64,000 nucleotides of DNA, from NCBI RefSeq assembly GCF_004010195.1, contig NC_057719.1, positions 75,656,064 to 75,720,063 on the forward strand, written 5' to 3'. Position numbers and translations under genes: made by a program. The first letter of the stretch is position 1. Every line of letters starts with the position of its first letter. This document shows, in pieces, positions 63,258-64,000 of this stretch. Origin of the DNA: Chiloscyllium plagiosum (Eukaryota). Under the pieces are notes generated by a model. The model saw only the letters and a list, made by a program, of their open reading frames with translations, searched no databases and was not told the DNA's origin.

Positions 63258-64000
63258 TTTGTATCCTTAGGACTCCAGTTTCATGCATAATGCTCTGAAG
63301 TACTGTCAACAGCAGCCAACAACATCTGGAAGTTTCTGAGTCAGAATCCCATTTTGTCAGTCGCTTTTGATAATATCGTCCTGACATTAATTTTTTTGTC
63401 GAAAATTCCCTTGTGAAACAAGCTCAAGGATCACTTTAGCTGCCTCCATTTCAGAATCCGATCTCTTTGGGGCTTAAATCTACTCTCAAAACCAAACAAT
63501 TGCAATTTTTTATCACATTTCGTGACACGCTGTGGCACAGTCATAAATTCTTCCCCGAATCTTTTCTGGGATTCTGCAAATAGTTGCCAGCAGCGTGACT
63601 GCAGGGAACAGAAATTGTTGGCAGTGCCTTACTCAGAAGTAGCAAACACAAATCTGAAATGATCACGTACAAATTGAGTTCCATTACTCGGTAGACTGTT
63701 GACATTGATAGCAACCACTAAAAGCATAGTGAGACTCATCCTTATCTTCTCTTTTTTTGGAAGGACATCATCATCTTGTTGTAACGTGCACATATCTCTG
63801 AATCTGCTGATTTTAGTTTCAAACATACATGGTTTCCAAGATTTGTACACATGGTCTCGCTGGCACTGCGATTCCATGAGGGTACTCCACCTTATGATTA
63901 GCACGTTTTTACTTTTTATGCCTTTTATGCTCTTTTACACCTGTGTCTTTAACCCTTCCAAAAGAAACAGCCCAAACACACCCAGCTGCTACATAATACA

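Overview
Eukaryotic, repeat-rich and essentially non-coding DNA from a cartilaginous fish. Abundant HE1-type V-SINEs and HER1/CR1 LINEs point to an elasmobranch; that assignment is an inference. I could not identify any intact host protein-coding gene. The recognisable ORFs are decayed transposable elements: many CR1/HER1 fragments, a 5'-intact but 3'-deleted L1, RTE, Rex1/Babar, a pogo transposase fossil and two Harbinger Myb/SANT remnants. Between them are AT-rich, homeobox/SOX-motif-rich unique blocks that look like enhancer or CNE sequence in a large intron or gene desert. The most interesting signal is a dispersed set of short (about 120-280 bp) non-coding Penelope-like-element (PLE)-derived insertions. 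They carry minimal type I hammerhead ribozyme cores (CUGANGA-N-stem II-GAAA-NN-UH). Several fold back into near-perfect 87-89 bp hairpins whose turning point sits at the ribozyme core, end in a fixed ~33-nt unpaired tail, and have 10-16 bp target-site duplications. Together this suggests a retrozyme-like, hairpin-forming mobile RNA system. Coordinates of old, degenerate repeats are approximate and were read by eye.
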